A program made the position numbers and the translations under genes. Under the pieces are notes generated by a model. The model worked only from the letters and a program-made list of their open reading frames with translations. It made no database searches and had not been told where the DNA came from. Shown here piece by piece: positions 22,780 through 24,229 of a stretch of DNA of 24,229 bases. Source of the stretch: Candidatus Woesearchaeota archaeon (lineage in GTDB: Archaea; Nanobdellota; Nanobdellia; Pacearchaeales; GW2011-AR1). The stretch's first letter is position 1, and every line of letters begins with the position of its first letter. The stretch covers positions 2,965 through 27,193 of the forward strand of contig CAZJVQ010000004.1 in the NCBI GenBank assembly GCA_964549605.1. Reading direction: 5' to 3'.

Positions 22780-24229
22780 TGGCAAGTGTAATTCAAACTT
22801 ATCAAAGAATTGAAGTTAATTTAAATCCGCAAATTCCGCCATTAAAAAAAGTTCAGGACAAAACAAAAATTAATGTTAGATATGCTTTGATGGCTCCTTT
22901 CTCATTTGCGCATATTTATTGGGACCCAAAAACTTCTGAACTTCTTTATGACGTTGAAGAACCAGTTCTAGATGAAAATGAAATGAAATACAAGGATGAA
23001 TTAATTAACGCTATGGAAAATATGATAAATTTTGATGTAATAGTTGAAAAAAATAAAAAGCTTCTTGCAGAGTACATTGATAGAATGTACAAAATTTTGG
23101 CTATAGAATTGGGAATAAATCTTTCTTATGAAAGTTACAAAAAAATTTATTATTATCTGATTAGAGATTTTATGGGATTTAACGAAACTGATCCTTTGTT
23201 AAAAGATTATTTTGTTGAAGATATTGAATGTAATGGTGTTGAAACTCCAATCTATATAGTTCACAGAGTTTTTAGAAATATTAAGACAAATGTTGTTTTC
23301 CAGGATTTGGATACGCTTTCAAGTTTTGTTGAAAAATTAGCTCAGAAAACTGGGAAGTATATTTCTTATGCTAATCCGATTCTTGATGGAACCTTGCCTG
23401 ATGGAAGCAGAGTTAATGCTACTTATACAAAAGACATTACATCTAGGGGACCAACATTTACAATAAGAAAATTCACAAAAACTCCTTGGACTCCCCCTCA
23501 ATTAGTTGGATTTAATACTGTAAGTCCAGAAATGCTTGCTTATCTTTGGATGTTAATTGAACACAAATTGAATATTTTGATTTGCGGGGGAACTGCTTCT
23601 GGAAAAACAACTTTGCTTAATGCTATTGCGTTCTTTATTCCTCCCGAGGCAAGAGTTGTAAGTATTGAGGATACTCGTGAACTTAATTTACCTAGAGAGA
23701 ACTGGCTTCCGAGTGTGGCAAGATCATCTACAGGAAAGGGGGGTACTGGAGAAATTGATTTATTCACTTTGTTGAGAAGTTCTTTTAGACAGAATCCAGA
23801 TTATGTTATTGTTGGAGAAGTTAGAGGTAAGGAGGCTTTCGTTTTATTTCAGGGCATGGCTTCAGGACATTCCTCCATAAGTACAATGCACGCAGATTCT
23901 GTTGACACGGTTATTAAAAGATTAGAGACACCTCCAATCGATTTGCCTCCAACTTTATTAAATGTTTTAGATTGCATTACTATTATGACTCATGCAACTG
24001 TAAACAAACAAGAAACTAGAAAATTAAGAGAAATTGTAGAAATAATAAATATTCATTCAAATGGAGTTGCGATTACAAATACTCCTTTTATGTGGAATGC
24101 TGCAGACGATACTTTTTATTTTAAAAAAAATAGTAAGATTTTTGAAAAAATTTCAAGAACCAGCGGATTAACTCTCGATGAAATTAATTTAGAATTCAGA
24201 CGAAGAGTTCAATTAATTTACAAAGCGCA
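22779..24229 (+). CDS. Type II/IV secretion-system assembly ATPase (ArlI/FlaI-TadA-VirB11 family), 3'-truncated by the window end
   Basis: Not in the ORF track because there is no stop. ATG overlaps the upstream TAA (TAATG). MASVIQTYQ...FAHIYWDP...YDVEEPVL; Walker A GGTASGKTT at about 23586; SIEDTREL; Walker B VIVGEVRG; His boxes SGHSSISTMHA. Confidence 0.95.
   Translation, partial: MASVIQTYQRIEVNLNPQIPPLKKVQDKTKINVRYALMAPFSFAHIYWDPKTSELLYDVEEPVLDENEMKYKDELINAMENMINFDVIVEKNKKLLAEYIDRMYKILAIELGINLSYESYKKIYYYLIRDFMGFNETDPLLKDYFVEDIECNGVETPIYIVHRVFRNIKTNVVFQDLDTLSSFVEKLAQKTGKYISYANPILDGTLPDGSRVNATYTKDITSRGPTFTIRKFTKTPWTPPQLVGFNTVSPEMLAYLWMLIEHKLNILICGGTASGKTTLLNAIAFFIPPEARVVSIEDTRELNLPRENWLPSVARSSTGKGGTGEIDLFTLLRSSFRQNPDYVIVGEVRGKEAFVLFQGMASGHSSISTMHADSVDTVIKRLETPPIDLPPTLLNVLDCITIMTHATVNKQETRKLREIVEIINIHSNGVAITNTPFMWNAADDTFYFKKNSKIFEKISRTSGLTLDEINLEFRRRVQLIYKA

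Noticed and set aside
23540-23767. 75-aa minus-strand ORF
   Set aside because: Antisense to the secretion ATPase, which the ORF track missed because it has no stop in the window.
18448-24229. Archaellum (motility) operon
   Set aside because: The subunits look like pilins, not archaellins, and no ArlH/F/G genes are visible. Genes beyond the window end are unknown.
1-24229. Stop-codon reassignment, inteins, frameshifted genes or a diversity-generating retroelement
   Set aside because: Conserved genes have normal lengths with standard stops. No reverse transcriptase or template/variable repeat pair was seen.

Overview
AT-rich archaeal genomic window. The archaeal EF-1alpha and EF-2, class III signal-peptide pilins, tandem Lrp/AsnC regulator and many short orphan ORFs suggest a DPANN archaeon, probably Pacearchaeota-like (inference). 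Left part (1-10.9 kb): a broken str operon. tuf and fusA are separated by an opposite-strand pyrD-like plus ilvE pair, and there is no rpsL/rpsG/rpsJ. Next to fusA are a HEPN/MtlR-like ORF, an ABC exporter and an ABC-F ATPase (a family rare in archaea) preceded by short leader ORFs and competing hairpins. Two unannotated acidic micro-ORFs also lie here. Middle part (10.9-17.8 kb): orphan ORFs, a double Lrp regulator, tRNA-Leu(TAA), a thermonuclease-LTD fusion, three secreted HExxH zinc-metalloprotease-like proteins, and an unannotated, reduced SRP RNA with non-canonical helix 6/8 loops. Right part (17.8-24.2 kb): a membrane-anchored cyclophilin divergent from a type IV pilus-like locus with five pilin-like genes, an antisense lipoprotein and a truncated secretion ATPase. 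No CRISPR array, transposase, integrase or rRNA was seen. All family calls come from motif recognition by eye, not database searches.
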